From NCBI GenBank assembly GCA_030431755.1, contig JAUIIK010000007.1, positions 2,400 to 66,399 of the forward strand: 64,000 nt of DNA, given 5' to 3'. The notes under the pieces are model-generated. The model did not search any database. It was not told the DNA's origin and saw nothing but the letters and a program-made list of their open reading frames with translations. Positions 1 through 8,495 of the stretch are shown piece by piece. The stretch comes from Chloroflexia bacterium. Lineage in GTDB: Bacteria > Chloroflexota > Chloroflexia > Thermomicrobiales > CFX8. Numbering within the stretch: position 1 is the first letter of the stretch; every line of letters starts with the position of its first letter. The translations under genes were made by a program, and so were the position numbers.

Positions 1-1
1 C

Positions 2-187
2 GCCAGCTACTACACCGGCGCGCTGCGCTGGCTGTCAACCGGCTTGTGTACAAGCGGCGAGCTGACCCATGTCGTGCCGAGCGACGGCCCGCTCGACTAC
101 TGCGAGAGCCGCTGGACCGGCAAGCTGCGCCATAGCCGCGACGGGCAGTGTTTGGCGCACGAGGTCGCCGGTGTGATCCCCGGTTGA
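2..187 (+). CDS. 3' end of a gene truncated by the window edge; Cys-rich C-terminal domain paralogous to that of 5026..8079
   Basis: Frame 2 reads ASYYTGALRWLSTGLCTSGELTHVVPSDGPLDYCESRWTGKLRHSRDGQCLAHEVAGVIPG* (TGA 185-187). By manual alignment 38 of 61 residues match the C-terminus of 5026..8079. Not in the ORF track. Confidence 0.9.
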   Translation, partial: ASYYTGALRWLSTGLCTSGELTHVVPSDGPLDYCESRWTGKLRHSRDGQCLAHEVAGVIPG

Positions 188-200
188 ACGCAGCCGGCGG

Positions 201-1538
201 TCAGGCGCGGCCGCGCGGCCGGAGTGGATTCTCCGGGAGCGCGGCTTGCGCCGGCTGGCTGTCGGATTCAGCGGTCTGCTCGACCGGCGCGATGTGGGCG
301 AAGTAGCCGTAGAAGAGCCCCATCGCCAGCAGCATGAAGAATGCGTAGATCGCGAAGGTCGGATCATACCCCCAGCGCACGATCAGCGCGCCGCCGACCA
401 GACTGGAGATCGAGTAGCCGATGTTCCAGGTGCCGCTGCGGTAGCCGAAGATCGAACGCCGCGCCCGTCCTCGCAACGCGGTCGACATCATCGTGCTCTC
501 CATCGACCAGCCCAAGCCCTGTGACGCCGTCCGCACCATATGGGCCAGCGCAGCCACGCCGAGCGACGGCGCGACGATCAGGAGCAGCATCAGCGGCACC
601 GGCGAAAGGCGTCCGACTGTAATCGCCCGCTCCTGGCCCAGCGCCGCCACGAAGCGCGGCCCGAACAGCGTCGTCCCGGCGGCAAAGATCGACGCGCCGG
701 CAAAGATCAAGCCAATCTGACTGGGCGACGCCCCGACCGAATCGAGGTAGACATTGAAGAAGGGGAAGGTCATCCCCGCGCCGAGGCTCATCAACCCGCC
801 GACTGCCGTGAAAACCACCAGCCGCCGGCGTTGTGTTGGCCCCGGAGGCCGCGGCAATCCACGCCGCTCGCCCGGTTGTCGCGGCGCGACCGGTTCGTCG
901 TCCTCATCCGGGTCGACCATTGGGGCGCGGCGCTCACGCGACATCAGCAGCAGCGGGATCAGCCCGAAGGCTGCCAGGACAATGCCGGCAAAGAGCGCGC
1001 CGCGAAATGCCGTGACGCTATCCCGCTCGACACCGAGCAGCACCCCGGTCAAACGTGGGACCCAACCGCCGATCAGGCTGCCGATCGTCGTCGCGACCAT
1101 CGAGGTCGAGACCGTGAGCGACGCGACCCGCGAGCGGCGGCTCTCATCACTCAACTCGACGACAAATGGCATGACCGTCGAAAAGAGAAACGAGGTGTTC
1201 GCGCCCCAGAGTATCGCGACCGGCAGGATCATCCAGGCCTGGTGCGCCAGCGAAATGACGGCTGAGAGCAGGACAAACGCTATGAGGCTCAGCACGACGA
1301 CACGCCAGACGCCGAAGCGCCCGAGCATCCCGCCCAGCATGAACGCCGTAACGGCCATCGCGAAGGTCTGGAGCGCGCTCGCGAGGCCGATGAAATCCTC
1401 GCGGAAGTCGAGCGCCAGCAGATAGAGGTTGAAGTCAAGGGTAAAGGTCCCGAGGGCGATGTTCGCGCACAGGGTATAGATCAGGAAGAGCCGGGTATCG
1501 CGAGGCACGCCATGCAGGCGCGCGAGCAACGATGCCAT
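201..1538 (-). CDS. Major facilitator superfamily transporter
   Basis: About 12 hydrophobic segments in a 6+6 arrangement with a central hydrophilic loop; motif A-like GGMLGRFGVWR. Confidence 0.88.
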   Translation of the reverse strand: MASLLARLHGVPRDTRLFLIYTLCANIALGTFTLDFNLYLLALDFREDFIGLASALQTFAMAVTAFMLGGMLGRFGVWRVVVLSLIAFVLLSAVISLAHQAWMILPVAILWGANTSFLFSTVMPFVVELSDESRRSRVASLTVSTSMVATTIGSLIGGWVPRLTGVLLGVERDSVTAFRGALFAGIVLAAFGLIPLLLMSRERRAPMVDPDEDDEPVAPRQPGERRGLPRPPGPTQRRRLVVFTAVGGLMSLGAGMTFPFFNVYLDSVGASPSQIGLIFAGASIFAAGTTLFGPRFVAALGQERAITVGRLSPVPLMLLLIVAPSLGVAALAHMVRTASQGLGWSMESTMMSTALRGRARRSIFGYRSGTWNIGYSISSLVGGALIVRWGYDPTFAIYAFFMLLAMGLFYGYFAHIAPVEQTAESDSQPAQAALPENPLRPRGRA

Positions 1539-1602
1539 CCTGGGCTGTCAGCGTCCGATCCGTGCCCAAGCCTCGCCCTGCGCCCGCAGGTGCGGCGGAC
1601 GG

Positions 1603-1611
1603 AGTGTAGCA
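1603..1611 (-). promoter_or_regulatory. Candidate extended -10 promoter of the MFS gene
   Basis: Minus strand TG-C-TACACT about 65 nt upstream of the ATG at 1538. Confidence 0.4.
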
Positions 1612-1679
1612 CGGAGGACCACCGTCCGGTTCATCTCGCGCCCTGCATGTCTATCACCCGCGGCAGGCTAACTGCCTGC

Positions 1680-1688
1680 TGCTATGCT
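1680..1688 (+). promoter_or_regulatory. Candidate extended -10 promoter of the STAND-LuxR gene
   Basis: TG-C-TATGCT about 50 nt upstream of ATG 1741. Confidence 0.4.
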
Positions 1689-1740
1689 GGTCGTATGTCA
1701 TAGGCGCATCGCCCTACTCCATCCGTGCCAGGGGTTCTCT

Positions 1741-4713
1741 ATGTCAGCTCCTCCACCATTCGCCGGTCGGGACCGTGAGATCGGACTTATGAACGCCGCG
1801 CTCGACGCGGCGCTCGGCGGCGAAGGCAGTCTCGCGCTCATCAGCGGGACGGCAGGTATCGGCAAGACGACGCTGGCCGAGCGCATCTGTAGCGCGGCCA
1901 GGGAACACGGCGCGCTGGTGCTTGCCGGCAGATGCTACGACCTGACCGAGACCGCCCCGTTTGGCCCCTGGATCGAGCTCTTCAGCGACTATCCGTCGGA
2001 CAGCGGCCTACCGGACATGCCGAACCACATCGCCGCTTGCGAGATCGACGGCGACATCACCAGCCAGGCCGAGCTCTTCACCAGCATTCATAGCTTGCTG
2101 GCAGAGATCGGGGCCGCGCGCCCGCTCGTGCTCCTGCTCGATGATCAACATTGGGCGGACGACGCAAGTCTGGACCTCTTGCGCTTTCTGGCACGCCAGG
2201 CGCCTGCGTTGCCGCTGCTCATCATCGCCACCTATCGCGCTGACGAGGTCGCGCCGGGGAGTCACCTGGGCCAGCTCCTGCCGCTCCTCGCGCGGGAGGC
2301 GCATCCGTTGCGACTGAACCTTCAGCCGCTCACCTTCGACGAGCTGTGGGCAATTGTCCGGCCGCGCTACCAGCTCGAGCCGGCGGACGAGCGCCGCCTG
2401 GTCGCCTATCTCCAAGCCCGCACCGAAGGCAACCCCTTCTACGCCGTCGAGCTGCTCCAGATGCTCGAAGAAGAAGCGGTTCTCCGCGCTTATGAAACCG
2501 GCTGGACACTCGGCGATCTCGCGAATACGGGCATCCCGCTGCTCCTCGAACAGATCATCAGCGGACGCCTGGCGCAACTGCGTCCGGCTGACCGCCAGCT
2601 GGTCGACATCGCCGCGGTGCTCGGGCAAGCGCCGTCCCGGCCACTCTGGGCAGCGGTCGCAGATGTCACTGAGGGCGAGCTGCTCGAATTGCTCGGCCGC
2701 CCGGAAACCACACGCTTGATCACGGAGACAGACGACGGCACAAGCGCGCGTTTTGTCCACGCCCTGGTCCGCCAGGTCGTCTACGGGCAGCTATCGCCGG
2801 CGCGCCGCAGGCAATGGCACCAGCGTGCGGGAGAGCTCCTCGCCGCAGCTCCGCAGCCTGACCCGGACGCCGTTGCCAACCACTTCCGCCGCGCCGGGGA
2901 TCAGCGCGCGAGCGCCTGGCTGCTGCGGGCCGGGCTGCGGGCCGAACGCGCCTACAGCTGGCGCGCGGCGGCCGAGCGCTTCGAACACAGCATCGCAATG
3001 ACCGACGAGTCAGCAGCGACGCTCGCGCAGCGCGGCTGGCTGCTCATCCGCATCGCCAGAACGTTGCGCTACTCGACGCCGGAGATCGGAATTGAGCGGC
3101 TTGAGGAGGCTCGCGCCATAGCGCGCACAACCGCGAACCGACCGCTGGCCGCAATGGCGCTGGTTCAATTCGGATTGCTCAACTGCCTGCACGGGAACTA
3201 CCGGCGCGGAATCGCAGCGCTGGCAGGTGGCGTCAGCGCGTTCGACGCGCTCCAACCTGGCGACCTGGAACGTGCGCGCGCCGCCGAACCCGTCCTGAGC
3301 TACGCGCCCGGCCCCGATCACGGCCGGGGCATACTGGCAATGTGGCTCACGTTCGCCGGAAGCTTCCAGCAAGCCCTGGCACATGCCCGGTCGCATACCG
3401 TCGAGGCGACTGGCGCAGAGCGCATACGAGGAGAAGGCGGCGACGCATCCGGCGCGGTTGCCTACGCCCAGGCGTTTCTCGGCAATATCGAGGCCGCACG
3501 CGGGGCATTTGCCGGCGCCTACGTCGCGTACCGGGAACAACAGCACCATACGCAGCTGGCGCGCACGCTCATGCACGAGCTGCACCTGGTTGTCCTGACA
3601 TACGAAACCGATGACCTCGCCGGCCGCCGGCACATTGAGAACGAAGCCGAGGCCGCCTGGCAACGTGGCAGCGGCGCATACGCCGAAAGCTTCGCGGGCG
3701 CGATGCGCATGCCACGCCAGTTCATCGAAGGCAACTGGGCGCAGCTCGAGGCCACGGCAATCTCCTTGCGCGCGAACAGCATTGACTCGATGCGCGCCGA
3801 TGCAGTCTGCTGGTTGTGCCCGCTCGCCCGCGCCCAGGGCAATAGTCAGCTCGCCTGGGAACTCGTTGCCGAGTGCCTCCCAGGCGGACCGGCGACAGCG
3901 CCGGGCGACACCAACTTCCGCGCCGCGCGGAGCGCACAACGGACAGCTGCCGAGCTAGCGCTTGACGCGGGCGATCTTCCGACGGCGCGCCGCTGGCTGG
4001 AGGCGGGCGACCGGTGGCTTGCCTGGAGCGGCGCGCTCATCGGGCAGGCTGAGAACGCGCTCCTCTGGGCCGCATACCAACGGGCCAGCGGAGATCCAGC
4101 CGCGGCGACGCTTCACGTCGAAGCAGCGCTGCGCCTGGCCGGCAAGCCACGCCAGCCACTCGCGCTCATCGCGGCCCAACGCCTGGCTGGCGAGCTCGCC
4201 ACTGCCGGCGGGCGCTATGACGATGCGGCAGCTCACATCGAGTCCGCGCTCGCGCTGGCGGAAGCCTGCGCCGCCGCATTCGAACGTGGACTGACACTCC
4301 TTGCCTTGACCGAGCTCGAGCTGGCGCGCGACAACCAGGGCGCAGCCGCCGTCGCCCTGGCCACAGCCAGGGACATCTTCGCGAAGCTTGGCGCGCAGCC
4401 TGCGCTGACCCGCACGGCCGCGCTTGCCGCACGCCTCGACATCGACGGGTCGCCAGCCAGTTCAACAACGCATGACACACAGTTTAAGGCCCCCATCGCA
4501 GCCGTGGACCGCCGCTTGATCGAGGTGCTCTCGCCACGCGAGCTCGACGTGGCGCGGCTGCTTCCGGCAGGTCGCACCAACCAGGAGATCGCGAACCTGC
4601 TCTTCCTGAGCCCCAAGACAGTCGAAGTGCATGTCAGCCGCATCCTTTCCAAGACCGGCTTGCCGAATCGCACGGCCGCGGCCGCCCTCGCCGAGCGCAC
4701 CGGGCTGGCCTGA
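1741..4713 (+). CDS. Large ATP-binding LuxR-family regulator (STAND/AAA_16 ATPase, helical repeats, LuxR HTH)
   Basis: FAGRDRE N-terminal motif, Walker A GTAGIGKT, Walker B LLLDDQHWAD, EGNPF motif, C-terminal LSPRELDV...GRTNQEIA..LFLSPKTVEVHV. Start moved from 1684 to ATG 1741, just before the conserved motif. Confidence 0.93.
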   Translation: MSAPPPFAGRDREIGLMNAALDAALGGEGSLALISGTAGIGKTTLAERICSAAREHGALVLAGRCYDLTETAPFGPWIELFSDYPSDSGLPDMPNHIAACEIDGDITSQAELFTSIHSLLAEIGAARPLVLLLDDQHWADDASLDLLRFLARQAPALPLLIIATYRADEVAPGSHLGQLLPLLAREAHPLRLNLQPLTFDELWAIVRPRYQLEPADERRLVAYLQARTEGNPFYAVELLQMLEEEAVLRAYETGWTLGDLANTGIPLLLEQIISGRLAQLRPADRQLVDIAAVLGQAPSRPLWAAVADVTEGELLELLGRPETTRLITETDDGTSARFVHALVRQVVYGQLSPARRRQWHQRAGELLAAAPQPDPDAVANHFRRAGDQRASAWLLRAGLRAERAYSWRAAAERFEHSIAMTDESAATLAQRGWLLIRIARTLRYSTPEIGIERLEEARAIARTTANRPLAAMALVQFGLLNCLHGNYRRGIAALAGGVSAFDALQPGDLERARAAEPVLSYAPGPDHGRGILAMWLTFAGSFQQALAHARSHTVEATGAERIRGEGGDASGAVAYAQAFLGNIEAARGAFAGAYVAYREQQHHTQLARTLMHELHLVVLTYETDDLAGRRHIENEAEAAWQRGSGAYAESFAGAMRMPRQFIEGNWAQLEATAISLRANSIDSMRADAVCWLCPLARAQGNSQLAWELVAECLPGGPATAPGDTNFRAARSAQRTAAELALDAGDLPTARRWLEAGDRWLAWSGALIGQAENALLWAAYQRASGDPAAATLHVEAALRLAGKPRQPLALIAAQRLAGELATAGGRYDDAAAHIESALALAEACAAAFERGLTLLALTELELARDNQGAAAVALATARDIFAKLGAQPALTRTAALAARLDIDGSPASSTTHDTQFKAPIAAVDRRLIEVLSPRELDVARLLPAGRTNQEIANLLFLSPKTVEVHVSRILSKTGLPNRTAAAALAERTGLA

Positions 4714-4744
4714 ATCCAGGCGACACCGCCACAACACGCAGGCC

Positions 4745-4828
4745 ATTAAGGGGAATCCCTTAATCGCGGACGCCCACGCGCATCCCGTGGGTTTCCCCGA
4801 TGCGCCTACGGCCCCGACTGCCTACGCT
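4745..4828 (+). promoter_or_regulatory. Two operator-like GGG-N4-CCC sites plus a -10 candidate upstream of the secreted protein gene
   Basis: Inverted repeat with perfect 8-bp arms ATTAAGGG-gaat-CCCTTAAT (4745-4764); related site GGG-tttc-CCC (4789-4798); TACGCT at 4823-4828. Confidence 0.55.
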
Positions 4829-5025
4829 GACGGTATGACGAAATCTACCCGGCCATGTCGACGCCGGGCGGGGTGGCGCGAGGGCCCAAGCGACCCGTGC
4901 CGTGTCGTTTTATGCACGCCACCATCATCCGGCATTCATCCAGGTAGATCCGTCTCGATGACTGCGCGGCAGGGCAGCTCCGATCGCTGGCCAATTGCCG
5001 CGAATGAGCTTGAGAGGGAGCACCC

Positions 5026-8000
5026 ATGCGACGCATATCTCACTACGCCCTGGCCTGTTTGCTGGCGCTGGCAGGCGCTACGCTGACGTTGGGAGCCACA
5101 ATCAGCCCCGCCGTCGCCGCGAACGCGACCGTGACGGCCTGCGACGAAGCCGGCTTCGATGCCGCGTTGCAAACAGTGCAGGCGAGCGGCGGCGGCACGC
5201 TCAGCTTCACCTGTAGCGGCACGCTCACCTTCACCGCGGAGAAGACGATCACCTCGCATGTGATCATCGAGGGCGCGGGCCAGGTCACCATCGACGGCAA
5301 TGGCACAACCCGCCTGTTCTACGTGAACTCCGGAGCAACGCTGGATCTGCGCGAGCTGTCGCTCCAGAACGGCAGCGCCGACGAGGGCGGGGCGATCTTG
5401 AACGCCAATGGCACGCTCCGCGTCACCGGCAGTGTCCTGGACAACAACAGCGCGAGCGTAGGCGGGGCCATCGGCAGCGTTGGCAAGGCCACCATCGTCG
5501 GCAGCACACTTCGGGGCAATCAAGCGAACATAGGCGGGGCCGTTATAGCCATCGGAACCCCCACCTTCATAGGCAGCACATTCCAGGGTAATCATGCGAG
5601 CGAGCGCGGCGGGGCGCTCACGCTTGCAGGCATCGTCACCATCGCAACTTCTACCTTCATCGACAACAGCGCGGACACCTTCGGCGGGGCGCTCGAACTT
5701 AACGGCGCCGGCGTCGAAAACGTCGCCACCATTGCAGCGTCGACCTTCGCCGGCAACCGCGCAAACACAGCCGGCGGCGCGATCTCCAATGCGGCATATA
5801 CGTCGATCAACGCAAGCACATTTAGCGGCAACAACGCCGAACACGGCGGCGCGATTGAGAATCGCGCGGGGCTCAACATTGCAAACAGCACATTGAGCGC
5901 CAATAACGGCACGACTGGTGGCGGAATTCTTACGTCCAGCGACCTCGCTATCACCCGCAGCACGCTCAGTGGCAATAGCGCTCAGTTTGGCGCGGCGGTC
6001 ATGCAAGTATCCGGCAGCATTGCCTTCAACCGGACGATCATCGCCAACAGCGCCATGAGCGCAAGCTGCTTTAGTGTGGATGGGTCGATTCTCGGTACCG
6101 ATGTGAATCTCAGCGACGACGCCAGCTGCCCGTTCTCGCTAGTCGGCAGCACAAGCGTCAACCTGGGCCCGCTGCAGGACAACGGCGGCCCGACGCAGAC
6201 AATGCTGCCGCTGGCCGGCTCAGACGCCATCGACAGCGCCAGCTGCACAACGTCCTATCCACTGGACCAGCGCGGAGCCCCACGCCCCCTGCCGCCCGCG
6301 TCAACCTGTGACATCGGCGCAGTCGAAGTCGGCGCGGTCGTGCCCGGCATCCAGATCCTCTTGACCGAGCACGACGGTCCAGTCTCCGAGGGCAGCTCGC
6401 CTGCGATCACGGTCTACACCTACAGCGCAACCGGCGGGAACCTGAGCTATCGCTTCGACTGTGACAACGATGGAAGTTACGAAACACCCGGCAGCGGTGT
6501 CGGCAATACCGGTATCGGGCACTGCACGTTGCTCGACGACGCCAGGTACCCGCTTGGCATCCAGGTCTGCGACGCCAACAATGGCAATGACTGCGTCACC
6601 GCGCTCCACACGATCGTGACTCACAACGTCCGGCCAACAGTCGATAGTCCGATCATCAGCCCGGAGACCTCGAACGAGGGCCAGAGCGTCGCCGTCAGCG
6701 CCACCTTCACCGACCCCGGAACGGACGATACCCACACCTGCACCATCGACTATGGCGATGGCACCGGCGCGCAAGCAGGCACGGTTGAGGCGAACACCTG
6801 CATCGGCCCGAGCTTCACCTACGTTGACGACAACCCGAGCGGCACGCCAGCCGATAGCTACGTCGTCACGGTAACGGTCATCGACGACGATGGCGGCATC
6901 GGTAGAGCCACCGCCGATCACACGGTGAACAACCTCGCGCCCAGTATCAGCGGCGTCTCCAATGATGGCCCGGCCAACGAAGGTTTCCCTGTCACCATCA
7001 CCGTCGCCGCCACCGATCCCGGCAACGCAGACACGCTCTCCTATACATTCGACTGCGATAACGATGGCAGCTACGAGACACAGGGCGCGGGGCATCAAAG
7101 ACAGTGCGTCTTCGGCAATGATGGAAGCTATCTCGTTCCATTCCAGGTCACTGACGACGACACGGGTAGCGTAGGCGGCAACACGACGGTCCAGGTGCTG
7201 AACGCGCCACCAGCTGTTGATCCAGCGCTTGTCGCGCCGGAGGAATCGAACGAAGGCGACAGCGTCACCGCCACGGCCAGCTTCACCGACCCTGGCACCG
7301 ACGATACCCACACCTGCACCATCGACTATGGAGACGGCTCAGGCGCGCAACCGGGAACGGTCGACGGCTATACTTGCACCGGCCCAGCGCACACGTATCT
7401 CGACGATGACCCCACCGGCACCCCGAGCGACGAATACACGGTGACAGTGATGGTCACGGACAGCGACGGCGCAAGCGGCGAGAGCAACCTCCAGCACACC
7501 GTCAACAACGTCGCTCCGGAAATCGAAGGCGTGTCGAGCGCGGGCCCGGTCTCACAGGGGCAGCCGGCAACGGTCAGCGTCGAAGCCAGCGACGTTGGGA
7601 TCAATGACCAGCTCAGCTACAGCTTCGATTGCGACGGCGACAGCAGCTACGAGACCGGCCCGCAGGCCGCGCCTGTGGCCGACTGCCCGCTCGACCCCGC
7701 CACGGCCACGACAACGATCGGCGTCATGGTGGTCGATGACGACGGCGGCACGGCAACGAGCGCCATCGACGTCCACCAGACCCTGACGCTCTGCGGCAGC
7801 TATTACACCGGCGGGCTCACGGGACCGACCGCAGGCGGCTGCGCCAACGGGGCAGTTGCGCTCACGCTCCCGGCCGCGACCGCCACGACGGTCTGCGTCA
7901 ACACGTACACCGGCGCACTTACATGGTCGTCGCAGCCGACCTGCCCCGGCGGCCGGCCCCATGTCGTGCCGGACAACGGACCCTTGCGCTACTGTGAAAG

Positions 8001-8079
8001 CCTCTGGACCGGCGCGCTACGGTACAGCCACAACGGCCAGTGCGCGGCCCATGAATTCGCCGGCGTCATTCCCGGATAG
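5026..8079 (+). CDS. Secreted surface protein: Pmp-like beta-helix repeats, choice-of-anchor Q domain, five PKD/Ig-like modules, Cys-rich C-terminal domain
   Basis: RBS GAGGGAG; Sec-type signal peptide (MRR...AVAA); repeated N.A..GGAI/F.GN motifs; LGPLQDNGGPTQT...DQRG.PR...CDIGAVE; repeated TFTDPGTDDTHTCTIDYGDG and FDCD.DGSYET modules. Confidence 0.9.
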   Translation: MRRISHYALACLLALAGATLTLGATISPAVAANATVTACDEAGFDAALQTVQASGGGTLSFTCSGTLTFTAEKTITSHVIIEGAGQVTIDGNGTTRLFYVNSGATLDLRELSLQNGSADEGGAILNANGTLRVTGSVLDNNSASVGGAIGSVGKATIVGSTLRGNQANIGGAVIAIGTPTFIGSTFQGNHASERGGALTLAGIVTIATSTFIDNSADTFGGALELNGAGVENVATIAASTFAGNRANTAGGAISNAAYTSINASTFSGNNAEHGGAIENRAGLNIANSTLSANNGTTGGGILTSSDLAITRSTLSGNSAQFGAAVMQVSGSIAFNRTIIANSAMSASCFSVDGSILGTDVNLSDDASCPFSLVGSTSVNLGPLQDNGGPTQTMLPLAGSDAIDSASCTTSYPLDQRGAPRPLPPASTCDIGAVEVGAVVPGIQILLTEHDGPVSEGSSPAITVYTYSATGGNLSYRFDCDNDGSYETPGSGVGNTGIGHCTLLDDARYPLGIQVCDANNGNDCVTALHTIVTHNVRPTVDSPIISPETSNEGQSVAVSATFTDPGTDDTHTCTIDYGDGTGAQAGTVEANTCIGPSFTYVDDNPSGTPADSYVVTVTVIDDDGGIGRATADHTVNNLAPSISGVSNDGPANEGFPVTITVAATDPGNADTLSYTFDCDNDGSYETQGAGHQRQCVFGNDGSYLVPFQVTDDDTGSVGGNTTVQVLNAPPAVDPALVAPEESNEGDSVTATASFTDPGTDDTHTCTIDYGDGSGAQPGTVDGYTCTGPAHTYLDDDPTGTPSDEYTVTVMVTDSDGASGESNLQHTVNNVAPEIEGVSSAGPVSQGQPATVSVEASDVGINDQLSYSFDCDGDSSYETGPQAAPVADCPLDPATATTTIGVMVVDDDGGTATSAIDVHQTLTLCGSYYTGGLTGPTAGGCANGAVALTLPAATATTVCVNTYTGALTWSSQPTCPGGRPHVVPDNGPLRYCESLWTGALRYSHNGQCAAHEFAGVIPG
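6625..7509 (+). repeat. Intragenic duplicated PKD-like module (about 6625-6933 and 7201-7509)
   Basis: SNEG.SV...A.FTDPGTDDTHTCTIDYGDG.GAQ.GTV...TC.GP..TY.DD.P.GTP.D.Y.VTV.V.D.DG occurs twice, with near-identical DNA in the core. Confidence 0.85.
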
Positions 8080-8098
8080 ACGCCGACGATCCGACCCC

Positions 8099-8131
8099 GC
8101 CCCGCCCCCGGCAGACGTCCGGGGGCGGGGC
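8099..8131 (+). terminator. GC-rich hairpin, probable terminator of the secreted protein gene
   Basis: Perfect 13-bp stem GCCCCGCCCCCGG/CCGGGGGCGGGGC with a 7-nt loop, 19 nt after the stop; no U-tract. Confidence 0.65.
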
Positions 8132-8210
8132 TCGTGCGTCGCGCAGCGCTACGCTGATCCAGAGACAGGATCACGCAGCGGAGCGGAAATGTTCGTCGTA
8201 CTCTCTGTCT

Positions 8211-8470
8211 ATGGATAGCGATGGACGCCCCGCCGCGCAACCACTGCTGGTTGGCCGACAAGCCGAGCTTGACCGGCTGGCCTACCTGTGGGATCTGGCA
8301 CAACAGGGCACGTGCCGTCTCGTGCTCGTCAGTGGTGCGGCGGGCGTAGGCAAGACGGCGCTGGTTGGCGCATTCGCGCACCAGGTCGCAGCGCAGGCGC
8401 GCAAGTCCACACCGGCGCACACGGCCGGGCAGCCATCACCGCCTACATCCTCAGCAACAATCTGATCTGA
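8211..8470 (+). pseudogene. Internally deleted, frameshifted STAND-LuxR regulator remnant
   Basis: LLVGRQAEL...LVLVSGAAGVGKTAL is the ATPase N-terminus. After a frameshift near 8396 the other frame reads GAQVHTGAHGRAAITAYILSNNLI*, resembling the ATPase continuation fused to the last LuxR helix. Confidence 0.8.
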
Positions 8471-8495
8471 CATCCAACCCGCCAAATAGCGCCGG

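Noticed and set aside
35-367. 110-aa minus-strand ORF at the window start
   Set aside because: Overlaps the MFS gene and is antisense to the better-supported + strand fragment at 2..187.
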